This document shows positions 55,078 to 63,182 of a stretch of 64,000 nucleotides of DNA, piece by piece. Origin of the DNA: Candidatus Firestoneibacteriota bacterium (GTDB lineage: Bacteria > Oederibacteriota > Muellerivitia > Muellerivitales > Muellerivitaceae); NCBI GenBank assembly GCA_013286205.1, contig JABDGD010000006.1, positions 13,944 through 77,943 of the forward strand, given 5' to 3'. A program made the position numbers and the translations under genes. The notes below the pieces were generated by a model that ran no database searches, had not been told where the DNA came from, and saw only the letters and a list, made by a program, of their open reading frames with translations. How positions within the stretch are numbered: position 1 is the first letter of the stretch; every line of letters begins with the position of its first letter.

Positions 55078-55613
55078 TCCTTTCCCGGCGCCATTTCCTC
55101 ACTTCGATGATTTTGGCGGGCTTCGTCCTTCTGGGCGCAGGGCAGAGTGTTTCGGAGGAATATCAGGTCAAAGCTCTGTTTCTTTTCAATTTCGCGCAGT
55201 TTGTTAAATGGCCTTCTTCGGATTTTTCCAGCGCGAATGAGCCTTTCCGTATCGGTGTGCTGGGGGAAAACCCTTTCGGCACTTTTTTGAGCGAGACCGT
55301 CAAAGGTGAAAGTGTTGAGGGGCATCCCCTGGTAGTCCAGCACTATGACAGTCCCGCTGCGGTGAAAGACTGCAAAATTTTATTTGTCAGCGATTCTGAA
55401 AAAGAAGCGATCGGACAAATCCTGGCCGCTTTAAAAGACAGGGATGTTTTGACGGTGGGTGATACTCCTGATTTTTTAAAAGAAGGCGGCATTATCCGCT
55501 TTGTTCCTGAGGGAAATAAGATTCATTTCCGTGTGGGTTTGGACAGAGCCAATAACCTCAAATTTTCGATCAGCAGCAAGGTGCTCCGCCTGGCCGATCC
55601 GGGGAAGGATTGA
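55074..55613 (+). CDS. YfiR-like periplasmic protein (DUF4154)
   Basis: YQVKALFLFNFAQFVKWP start and LTVGD...GGIIRF core typical of DUF4154/YfiR. Overlaps the receptor stop. Confidence 0.72.
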   Translation: MILSRRHFLTSMILAGFVLLGAGQSVSEEYQVKALFLFNFAQFVKWPSSDFSSANEPFRIGVLGENPFGTFLSETVKGESVEGHPLVVQHYDSPAAVKDCKILFVSDSEKEAIGQILAALKDRDVLTVGDTPDFLKEGGIIRFVPEGNKIHFRVGLDRANNLKFSISSKVLRLADPGKD

Positions 55614-55615
55614 GT

Positions 55616-57502
55616 ATGAGTTTTAGAGATATGCCCATCCGGCGAAAATTGATGACCGTCATCCTTCTCACCAGCGGGGCTGTATTGATGCTCTCTTGCG
55701 CGGGTTTTTGCACTTATGAAATGGTCGCCTTGCGTAAGGGAATGCTGAAGGAATACACCACCGGCGCCCAGATTATCGCCGCGAACTCCACAGCGTCCCT
55801 GGCTTTCCGAAATGAAGCGGACGCGGCGGAGGTTCTGGCAGCCTTTAAAACTGACCCGCGGGTAGTGGAGGCCTGCCTTTATGACCAAAAAGGAAAAGTT
55901 TTAGCCCGCTATCCGGCCGGCGCGCCCGTCAGTATTTTCCCGACTCATCCCAGCGAGTCAGGCTACCGGCAAGACCATCTGGAGATTTTCTATCCTGTGC
56001 TTCAGGGTAGCCGGGTGCTGGGGACGGTTTTTCTCCAATCCGATTTATCCGATTTGAGCGAGCGTTACTATGCCTACGCCTGGCTGGCGGGAGCCATTAT
56101 CGCCTGCTCTATTTTGCTGGCTTATCTGCTTTCGCGCATGCTTCAAAAACAGATTTCTACCCCGGTTCTGGGTCTGGTGGAGACCGCGAAGCTCATTTCC
56201 CAGGAAGGCGACTTTTCCGTCCGGGCTGAAAAATCCGGAGAGGATGAAGTGGGCGCCCTGACCGACGCCTTTAATCAGGTTCTCGCGCGGGTGGAAGATC
56301 AGGAACAGGCTATCCGCAAACTCAACGCCGATTTGGAAGAACGCATCGTTGAACGCACCGCCGAACTGGCCTTGACCGGGCGGAAGCTCGAGGAAAACAA
56401 AAATCTGCTCGACTCGGTTTTACACAACATTAAAGACGGCATTGTGGCGGTAGATGAAAAGGGCCGTTACTTTGTTTTTAATCCGGCTGCCGAAAAAATT
56501 ATGGGCCGCACGCCTGAAGGCATTTTGGACAATAAAAGGATGGAACATTTTGGGCTTTTTAGGCCTGACGGTGTCACGCCTTTTCCCGAAAGCGAAGGCG
56601 TTTTGTCGAGGGCTCTGCGCGGCCTGGAAACCCATGACCTGGAAATGTTCGTCCGCAACCCGCTGCATCCGGACGGCCTCCTGATTATCACCTCGGGCCG
56701 GCCCCTATTGGATGAGAAGGGAAAGACCATGGGCGGCGTGGGTATCTTCCGGGATGTGACCGAACAAAAGCGGCAGGAGAACCTGAAGATTTACGCCAAG
56801 GCCCTGGAGAACAGCAACCGGGAATTGCAGGATTTCATCTTTGTGGCGTCCCATGATTTGCAGGAACCTCTGAGGAAGATCCAGTCCTACGGTAATTTTT
56901 TGCTGGATGAAACCAAAGGAAGTCTGTCCGAAGCCGCCTCGGTTTATCTGGCCCGTATTCAGACCGCCGCCAAACGGATGAGCGGATTGATTGAAGATTT
57001 GCTCCAGCTCACCCGTGTCACTACCAAGGCCAAGCCCTTTGAGTTAGTGAATGTCTCTGAAATTGTGGGTGAAGTACAGGCTGACCTTGAACTCAAGCTG
57101 CGTGAAACCGGGGGAAAGATCATGATCGGCGAATTGCCCGAGTTGGAAGCGGATCCTACCCAGATGCGCCAGCTTTTCCAGAATTTAATTTCAAATGCCC
57201 TTAAATACCGGAAAGCGGATGTGGCGCCGGTGGTGATGGTTCAGGGCAAGGCTGATGAGGGCAAGGGCTGGTGCCGTGTTTTGGTAAGGGATAACGGCAT
57301 TGGTTTTGACCCCAAGTACTCGGAAAAAATATTCAATATTTTCCAAAGGCTTCACGCAAACGATGAGTACGAGGGAACCGGCATCGGGCTGGCCATCTGC
57401 CGGAAAGTAGTGGAAAGACACAGCGGAACCATTACGGCCCGGGGAGAAGTGGGGAAGGGCGCTGAGTTTGAGATTGTGCTGCCGATCAAGCAGGCCAAGT
57501 AA
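55616..57502 (+). CDS. Sensor histidine kinase: CHASE8-like periplasmic domain, HAMP, PAS, HisKA, HATPase
   Basis: N-terminus IRRKLMTVILLTSGAVL...NSTASLAFRNEADAAEVLAAFKTDPRV (CHASE8-like). H-box ASHDLQEPLR. N/G boxes NLISNALKY, DNGIGF, GTGIGLAICR. Confidence 0.85.
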   Translation: MSFRDMPIRRKLMTVILLTSGAVLMLSCAGFCTYEMVALRKGMLKEYTTGAQIIAANSTASLAFRNEADAAEVLAAFKTDPRVVEACLYDQKGKVLARYPAGAPVSIFPTHPSESGYRQDHLEIFYPVLQGSRVLGTVFLQSDLSDLSERYYAYAWLAGAIIACSILLAYLLSRMLQKQISTPVLGLVETAKLISQEGDFSVRAEKSGEDEVGALTDAFNQVLARVEDQEQAIRKLNADLEERIVERTAELALTGRKLEENKNLLDSVLHNIKDGIVAVDEKGRYFVFNPAAEKIMGRTPEGILDNKRMEHFGLFRPDGVTPFPESEGVLSRALRGLETHDLEMFVRNPLHPDGLLIITSGRPLLDEKGKTMGGVGIFRDVTEQKRQENLKIYAKALENSNRELQDFIFVASHDLQEPLRKIQSYGNFLLDETKGSLSEAASVYLARIQTAAKRMSGLIEDLLQLTRVTTKAKPFELVNVSEIVGEVQADLELKLRETGGKIMIGELPELEADPTQMRQLFQNLISNALKYRKADVAPVVMVQGKADEGKGWCRVLVRDNGIGFDPKYSEKIFNIFQRLHANDEYEGTGIGLAICRKVVERHSGTITARGEVGKGAEFEIVLPIKQAK

Positions 57503-57520
57503 AATTTAAGGGGGACAAAG

Positions 57521-57997
57521 ATGACCGCGAACCGAAATATCGCTCCGATTTTAATGGCGGATGATGACGTAGATGACCGCCTGATGGCGGGAAAGGCGGT
57601 CACTGAAAACCGCCTGGCTAATCCCTTCCGCACGGTGAATAACGGCGAGGAACTTTTGGATTATCTCCGCCACCAGGGAAAGTATTCAGATCCGGCCTCG
57701 GCGCCCAAACCTTGCCTCATTCTATTGGATCTGAACATGCCCAAAATGGACGGCCGGGAAGCCCTGCGCATCCTCAAAGATGACGAAAACTTACGTAAGA
57801 TCCCCGTGGTCATCATGACCACCTCCCAGGCCGAGGAGGACATTCTGGTCAGCTATAACGTAGGCGCCAATTCCTATATCACCAAACCGGTCACCTTTGA
57901 CGGGCTGATGAAGGTCATGAAGACCCTGAAAGACTATTGGCTGGAGATTGTGGAATTGCCTGCGCCGGATACCCAAAACGGTTCCGCTCAGAAATAA
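57521..57997 (+). CDS. Stand-alone response-regulator receiver (Rcp1-like)
   Basis: ADDDVDD acidic pocket, ILLDLNMPKMDG phospho-Asp, MTTS, and YITKP Lys. No output domain. Confidence 0.88.
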   Translation: MTANRNIAPILMADDDVDDRLMAGKAVTENRLANPFRTVNNGEELLDYLRHQGKYSDPASAPKPCLILLDLNMPKMDGREALRILKDDENLRKIPVVIMTTSQAEEDILVSYNVGANSYITKPVTFDGLMKVMKTLKDYWLEIVELPAPDTQNGSAQK

Positions 57998-58030
57998 AAA
58001 TGGCATCGAACGTCACTAGAGGGGGCCAAC

Positions 58031-59959
58031 ATGAGCGGTAAAGCGGTCCGGGTATTGGTGGTAGAGGATAATCTGGAGGATTTTGAGATTCTCCGTATTC
58101 TTTTCTCCAAGGTCAAACATGGCCGCTACGAACTGGAAAACGCCATCGGCCTCCCGGAAGCGCTGGAAAAACTGCGCCTCAATAAGCACGATGCTTTCCT
58201 GGTGGATTATAAACTCGGGGCGGATTCAGGCATGGACTTTTTGCGCCTGGCCATTCAGCAGGAAAAATGCCAGTCGCCCATCATTCTCTTAACCGGTTTC
58301 AATGATTATGAGTTAGACATCGAGGCCATGAACCTGGGCGCCGCGGACTTTCTCAACAAAAACAAACTGGACACGGACGTGCTGGAAAGATCGGTGCGCT
58401 ATGCCCTGGACCGCAAAAAAGCGGAGGAACTCCAATCCCAACTGGCGGTTATTTTACTGCAAACCGCCGACGCGGTTATCGGCATGGATGAGCATGGCAA
58501 GGTGACCAGCTTTAACCGGGGCGCGGAAAAAATGCTCGGCTATGAGGCGGACGAAATCGTCGGCCAGTCTGCCACCCGTCTCACTTTGCCCGAGTTGATC
58601 GACGAGGCGAAATTGGTCTGGGAAAGAACCGTGAATGGGGAAGCCAACTCCAACTATGAGACTCTGTGGGTCAAAAAGACTGGCGAACATATTGATGTGG
58701 AAATTACGCTCTCGCCCATCCGAAACGCGAAAGAAAGAATCATCGGCGTCTCGGTGATCGGCAGGGATATCACCTCCCGCAAGCAGGTTCTGGCCACACT
58801 TCAGAAACAGGAAGAACAGCTACGCCTTTCCCAGAAAATGGACGCCATTGGCCGTCTGGCAGGGGGCGTGGCCCATGACTTTAATAATCTGCTCAGTGTT
58901 ATCGGGGGCAATGTGGAGTTTTTGCTCGATAGTGTTCCCAAAGACAGTCCGGAGAATGAGGAACTGAATGAGGTTCAAAAGGCGGTTCGTCAGGGCGCCG
59001 AACTGACCAAACAGCTGCTGGTCTTCGGAAAAAAACAGGTTTCCCAGCCTCAGGCGCTGAATCTCAATGAGGTCAGCCAGGACATGAACAAAATGTTCAA
59101 ACGCCTCATCGACGCGCAGATCGACCTGAGCATCATTCAAGGTAAAGACCTCAAGCCGATCCAGGCTGATCTGGGTCAAATTCAGCAGGTTCTTCTGAAT
59201 CTGGTTCTGAACGCCCGGGATGCCATGCCCCGGGGCGGACGTTTGTTAATTGAGACCAAAAACGTGACGGAGGTCGGCGATTTAGAGAAGGGTTTTGAGA
59301 ATTTCTTCGCTCCTCAAACCCGCGTCCGGCTCAATGTCACCGATACGGGCATGGGTATGACACCCGAAATACAGGCGCACATTTTCGAGCCCTTTTTCAC
59401 CACTAAAGAAGGCAAGGGCACGGGCCTGGGACTGGCCACGGTCTACGCGATTGTTAAGAATTGGGAAGGGTCTATTTTGGTTCACAGCATTCCCAATATT
59501 GGAACTACTTTCTCGCTGACTTTCCCCGCTTATGAAGCGGAAGACAAACCTCAGGTGAAAGCCAAACAGCAATCGCTCATTCCCATGGGTCACGAGACCA
59601 TTTTGGTGACCGAGGATGAGGACGGCGTGCGCAAAGTACTGGTGCGGGCTCTGGAAAAGCAGGGCTATAAGGTTTTGCAGGCGGAGAACGGTCAGGAAGG
59701 CGTGCGTAAAGCCGCGGGATACAGCGAAAAAATCGATCTTTTGCTGACTGATACGGTTATGCCCAAGATGAACGGAAAAGAACTGGCGGATGAGGTTAAA
59801 AAGTTCAGGCCGAAAATCAAAGTGATTTTTATTTCGGGGTACGCACAGGAAATTCTTTCGCAACAGGGAATGCTGGATGCGGGCATTCATCTGATTCAAA
59901 AACCCTTCGACCTGGATTTTATGGTGCGCGAGGTCAGGCGGGTTCTGGACGAAAAGTAA
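58031..59959 (+). CDS. Hybrid sensor kinase: REC-PAS-HisKA-HATPase-REC
   Basis: N-terminal REC (VLVVEDNLED, FLVDYKLG). PAS. H-box VAHDFNNLL. G boxes GTGLGLA. C-terminal REC (ILVTEDEDGV, LLLTDTVMPKMNG, QKPF). Confidence 0.88.
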   Translation: MSGKAVRVLVVEDNLEDFEILRILFSKVKHGRYELENAIGLPEALEKLRLNKHDAFLVDYKLGADSGMDFLRLAIQQEKCQSPIILLTGFNDYELDIEAMNLGAADFLNKNKLDTDVLERSVRYALDRKKAEELQSQLAVILLQTADAVIGMDEHGKVTSFNRGAEKMLGYEADEIVGQSATRLTLPELIDEAKLVWERTVNGEANSNYETLWVKKTGEHIDVEITLSPIRNAKERIIGVSVIGRDITSRKQVLATLQKQEEQLRLSQKMDAIGRLAGGVAHDFNNLLSVIGGNVEFLLDSVPKDSPENEELNEVQKAVRQGAELTKQLLVFGKKQVSQPQALNLNEVSQDMNKMFKRLIDAQIDLSIIQGKDLKPIQADLGQIQQVLLNLVLNARDAMPRGGRLLIETKNVTEVGDLEKGFENFFAPQTRVRLNVTDTGMGMTPEIQAHIFEPFFTTKEGKGTGLGLATVYAIVKNWEGSILVHSIPNIGTTFSLTFPAYEAEDKPQVKAKQQSLIPMGHETILVTEDEDGVRKVLVRALEKQGYKVLQAENGQEGVRKAAGYSEKIDLLLTDTVMPKMNGKELADEVKKFRPKIKVIFISGYAQEILSQQGMLDAGIHLIQKPFDLDFMVREVRRVLDEK

Positions 59960-60025
59960 GTTGGGCTGGCAGAAGTGAAAGTTAAGTACGGGCGACCGGA
60001 TACTCATTATTAATAAGGAGGCGAT

Positions 60026-60409
60026 ATGAAGTGCTCAGATTTTACGATTATGTTCGCGGATGACAATGAGCAGATTCGAAAGATTTACGAGAAGAATTTT
60101 CTCAAAGAAGGGTATAAGGTTGTTCTGGCCGAGCATGGAGCCAGGGCCCTGGCCGAGCTGAAGGAGCAGAAGGTTGATCTGCTGGTGACCGATATGGAAA
60201 TGCCAGGCATGAATACGCTGGAACTTTTTCCGATTTTGAAGAAAGACTATCCAAAACTGCCGGTTATTGTAGTGACGGGGCACTATGTGAATCTATTGGA
60301 GGATTTTATCGCCAAAGGTTTCGCGGTGAAAGCGGTGATCAACAAGCCCGTCTCTGTGGGTGAATTAAAGGAATGGGCAAGGAAAATCCTTAAGATTGAT
60401 AATTTGTAA
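60026..60409 (+). CDS. Stand-alone response-regulator receiver
   Basis: FADDNEQ, LLVTDMEMPGMN, VVTGH, INKP. 127 aa. No output domain. Confidence 0.85.
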   Translation: MKCSDFTIMFADDNEQIRKIYEKNFLKEGYKVVLAEHGARALAELKEQKVDLLVTDMEMPGMNTLELFPILKKDYPKLPVIVVTGHYVNLLEDFIAKGFAVKAVINKPVSVGELKEWARKILKIDNL

Positions 60410-60434
60410 CCCTGGCGAAGCCGATGTTTCTTTT

Positions 60435-60467
60435 AGAGGTCTTCCTCCGGGGAGGCCTCTTTTTTTA
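60435..60467 (+). terminator. Intrinsic terminator
   Basis: GC-rich hairpin AGAGGTCTTCC-TCCG-GGGAGGCCTCT followed by T7. Confidence 0.75.
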
Positions 60468-60522
60468 TTTCTTATCCCGACAATGGGAGATAATAGTTTT
60501 ACCGTCTTTTAATGAATAATTT

Positions 60523-61914
60523 TTGAAATGGCTGCCGATGGTTCTAAAGACTTTATCCCACCTTTATCGTACCTACGGGCTCCGGGCGGCATTAGTTTTG
60601 TTGACTCTCTTTCTTTTGGTGAATACTTGGGTTTCGATTAAAAACATTTCCCGTATTATTCAATGCGAGCAACAAGTATCCGATTCCCGTCAAATTGTTG
60701 AGCAGATCCAACTGGTAGGGGCTTTGGCTGTGGACTTAGAAACCGCCTACCGGGGTTTTATCCTTTCGGACCAATCGAAATATCTGGCGCCGATGGAAAA
60801 AGCCAAGGAGAACCTTCCCCGGGCGGTGGGCTGGCTGGAGACACTGACATCCGAAAATTCGATCCAGCTGGAAAAAGCGAGAGCCGTTCAAGAACTGATA
60901 CAGGAAAAAATTAAATTGAGCCGGGCGATCGTTCGAACGCGGGAAAAGTCGAAAAGCATTTCAAGGACACTGTTGATCGACGCGAATCAAGGTAAAACTT
61001 TGATGGACCGCATCCGCGAACTTTTAGATGAAATGACCAAAACGGAAGAGGCGCGGTTGGCTCAGCGTCAGGCGGAAGCCCAGTCCAGCGCCGACCGGGC
61101 CATTTGGTTTTTCGTGATCATGCTGTTTCTGTCTCTTTTTTTTCTGGGTTTGGGTTACTACCAGTTGGAAAAAAACCGTAAAAACCGGATTGAACTGGCG
61201 AACTACGCGGCCAAACTGGAAACGAGCAACCAAAATCTGCAGGAGTTTGTTCACATCATCGCTCACGATCTGAAGGAGCCCATTCGGATGGTGGTATCCT
61301 TCGGCAGTCTTTTAAAAGACGAACTGGGTGATGGGTTGCCTCCTTCGGCGGCCGACTCTCTTTTTCGGATACAGGATGGAGCCCGGCGTATGGGCGGTTT
61401 AATTGACGACTTGATTCAGCTAAACCGGGTGACCAGCCAGGCCAAACCTTTTGAGCGGGTGGATTTGTCGGTCATACTGAACGAAGTTCAGAAGGATTTG
61501 GAAATACGCCTGAAAGAATGCGGCGGCGTGATGGAGGTGGGTTCTTTGCCTCATCTGGAAGCCGATCCCGCCCAAATGCGCCAGCTCTTTCAGAATCTGA
61601 TCGGCAATTCATTGAAGTACCGCCAGGATGATAAGCCGCCGGTTATTAGGGTGGAATCTGAAACGGACTCGACGGCGGGCCTGACCCGTATTTGGGTGAG
61701 GGATAATGGGATCGGCTTCGACCAAAAGAACGCTGAAAAGATTTTCAACATCTTTCAAAGGCTTCATAAACGGGAGAAATATGAGGGAACCGGTATGGGG
61801 CTGGCCATTTGCCGTAAAGTCGTGGAACGCCACCGCGGGGTGATTACGGCCCAATCAAAAGCGGGAGAAGGCGCCGTTTTTGAGATTGTCCTGCCATTAA
61901 CGCAAAGGGGGTAA
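60523..61914 (+). CDS. Sensor histidine kinase with CHASE3-like extracytoplasmic domain
   Basis: TM segment, then the pattern VEQIQLVGALAVDLETAYRGFILSDQSKYLAPMEKA (CHASE3-like), then a second TM. H-box IAHDLKEPIR. HATPase core nearly identical to the kinase at 55616. TTG start; ATG 60538 is an alternative. Confidence 0.82.
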   Translation: MKWLPMVLKTLSHLYRTYGLRAALVLLTLFLLVNTWVSIKNISRIIQCEQQVSDSRQIVEQIQLVGALAVDLETAYRGFILSDQSKYLAPMEKAKENLPRAVGWLETLTSENSIQLEKARAVQELIQEKIKLSRAIVRTREKSKSISRTLLIDANQGKTLMDRIRELLDEMTKTEEARLAQRQAEAQSSADRAIWFFVIMLFLSLFFLGLGYYQLEKNRKNRIELANYAAKLETSNQNLQEFVHIIAHDLKEPIRMVVSFGSLLKDELGDGLPPSAADSLFRIQDGARRMGGLIDDLIQLNRVTSQAKPFERVDLSVILNEVQKDLEIRLKECGGVMEVGSLPHLEADPAQMRQLFQNLIGNSLKYRQDDKPPVIRVESETDSTAGLTRIWVRDNGIGFDQKNAEKIFNIFQRLHKREKYEGTGMGLAICRKVVERHRGVITAQSKAGEGAVFEIVLPLTQRG

Positions 61915-62007
61915 AATTACGGTTTTTCCGGCCTTTTTTCTGAATTTTTCTTGAACTAAATCCCTCCAGTCCCGTCTAGAAGGCGAATCCAATTCACGGA
62001 GGGTCCT

Positions 62008-63021
62008 TTGAAATACTTTACCGCCTTAATGCTGGCCGCTTTATTCCTGACGCAGATCAGCTGCGGTAGCAAAAACTACAGCGTGGCTCCGGTCGGCGTT
62101 CAATCGACCAGCACACCGGCGGTAACTCCCACCGCCACCTCAACGGTGATTCCGATGCCGACTTCGGCCACACCGCCTACCTATCAAACCACTTTCTCCA
62201 CTTACGGCACCGGCAACGGCCAATTGCAAAACGGCTCGATGGGCATCTGTTACGCTCCGAACGGCAATATTTATGTGGCCGACACCAATAACTCCCGCAT
62301 TGAAGTGTTCGACTCCACGGGCGCTTACGTCAGCCAGTGGGGCAGCAGCGGCACCGGTCTGAACGAATTTGGCACCCTGGAAGCCATCGCGGTAGACAGC
62401 TACAGCAATATCTGGACGGTCGATTCGACCAATTACCGTATCTCGAAATTCAGCCCCACGGGCACCCTGCTGACCCATTGGGGCAGCTACGGTGAATCGC
62501 TCACAGGGGGTGTTTATGATGTGCCCCGGGCCATCACGGTGGATTCAGCGAACAATGTTTACGTCATGGATGGAGCTACCATGTGCGTTCAAAAGTTCGA
62601 CAACAGCGGCACCTTTAAAACTTTATGGAGAGTGGACGGCGCTTATAACACGCTGGAAAGCTCGCCGGACGGCATCTGCTCGGATAACTGGGGGAATATT
62701 TATGTCGTTGACCAGCAAAACTGCCATGTTGAGAAATTCACGAACACCGGTACTTTTGTCTGCACTATCGGCTCAAATGGCAGCGGCAACGGCCAGTTAA
62801 ATCTGCCTTCCTGCGGCATCTGTGTGGATAAAAAGGGCTGTTTGTATGTGTGTGACACGGGCAATGGCCGCATTGAGGAATTCAACACGAACGGCGCCTA
62901 TCTTTGCCAGTGGGGCAATACGGGTTCCCATACGCTTTACGCCTTTGATTACCTGTGCCTGAATCCGATCACCAACATGATCTATGTGGTCTGCGGCGGT
63001 ACAGTGATGGATTTCCTTTGA
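62008..63021 (+). CDS. NHL-repeat beta-propeller lipoprotein
   Basis: Lipobox LTQISCGS and a Thr/Pro linker. Six repeats of the type NGNIYVADTNNSRIEVFDSTG. Confidence 0.82.
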   Translation: MKYFTALMLAALFLTQISCGSKNYSVAPVGVQSTSTPAVTPTATSTVIPMPTSATPPTYQTTFSTYGTGNGQLQNGSMGICYAPNGNIYVADTNNSRIEVFDSTGAYVSQWGSSGTGLNEFGTLEAIAVDSYSNIWTVDSTNYRISKFSPTGTLLTHWGSYGESLTGGVYDVPRAITVDSANNVYVMDGATMCVQKFDNSGTFKTLWRVDGAYNTLESSPDGICSDNWGNIYVVDQQNCHVEKFTNTGTFVCTIGSNGSGNGQLNLPSCGICVDKKGCLYVCDTGNGRIEEFNTNGAYLCQWGNTGSHTLYAFDYLCLNPITNMIYVVCGGTVMDFL

Positions 63022-63058
63022 TTCTCTAATGAATTAAATTAAAGGAAGTTGGTGAAAG

Positions 63059-63091
63059 GCCTCGTTCCCATTAGGGAGCGGGGCTTTTTTT
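63059..63091 (+). terminator. Intrinsic terminator
   Basis: 11-bp stem GCCTCGTTCCC / GGGAGCGGGGC (with G-U pairs), loop ATTA, then T7. Confidence 0.75.
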
Positions 63092-63182
63092 AAATTTTCG
63101 GGTTTAGGTTTACATTAAGAATGAGACAATAAACGGCGCGGAGAATCAGACGAGAATATAAATATCAAATCAGGAAACACCC

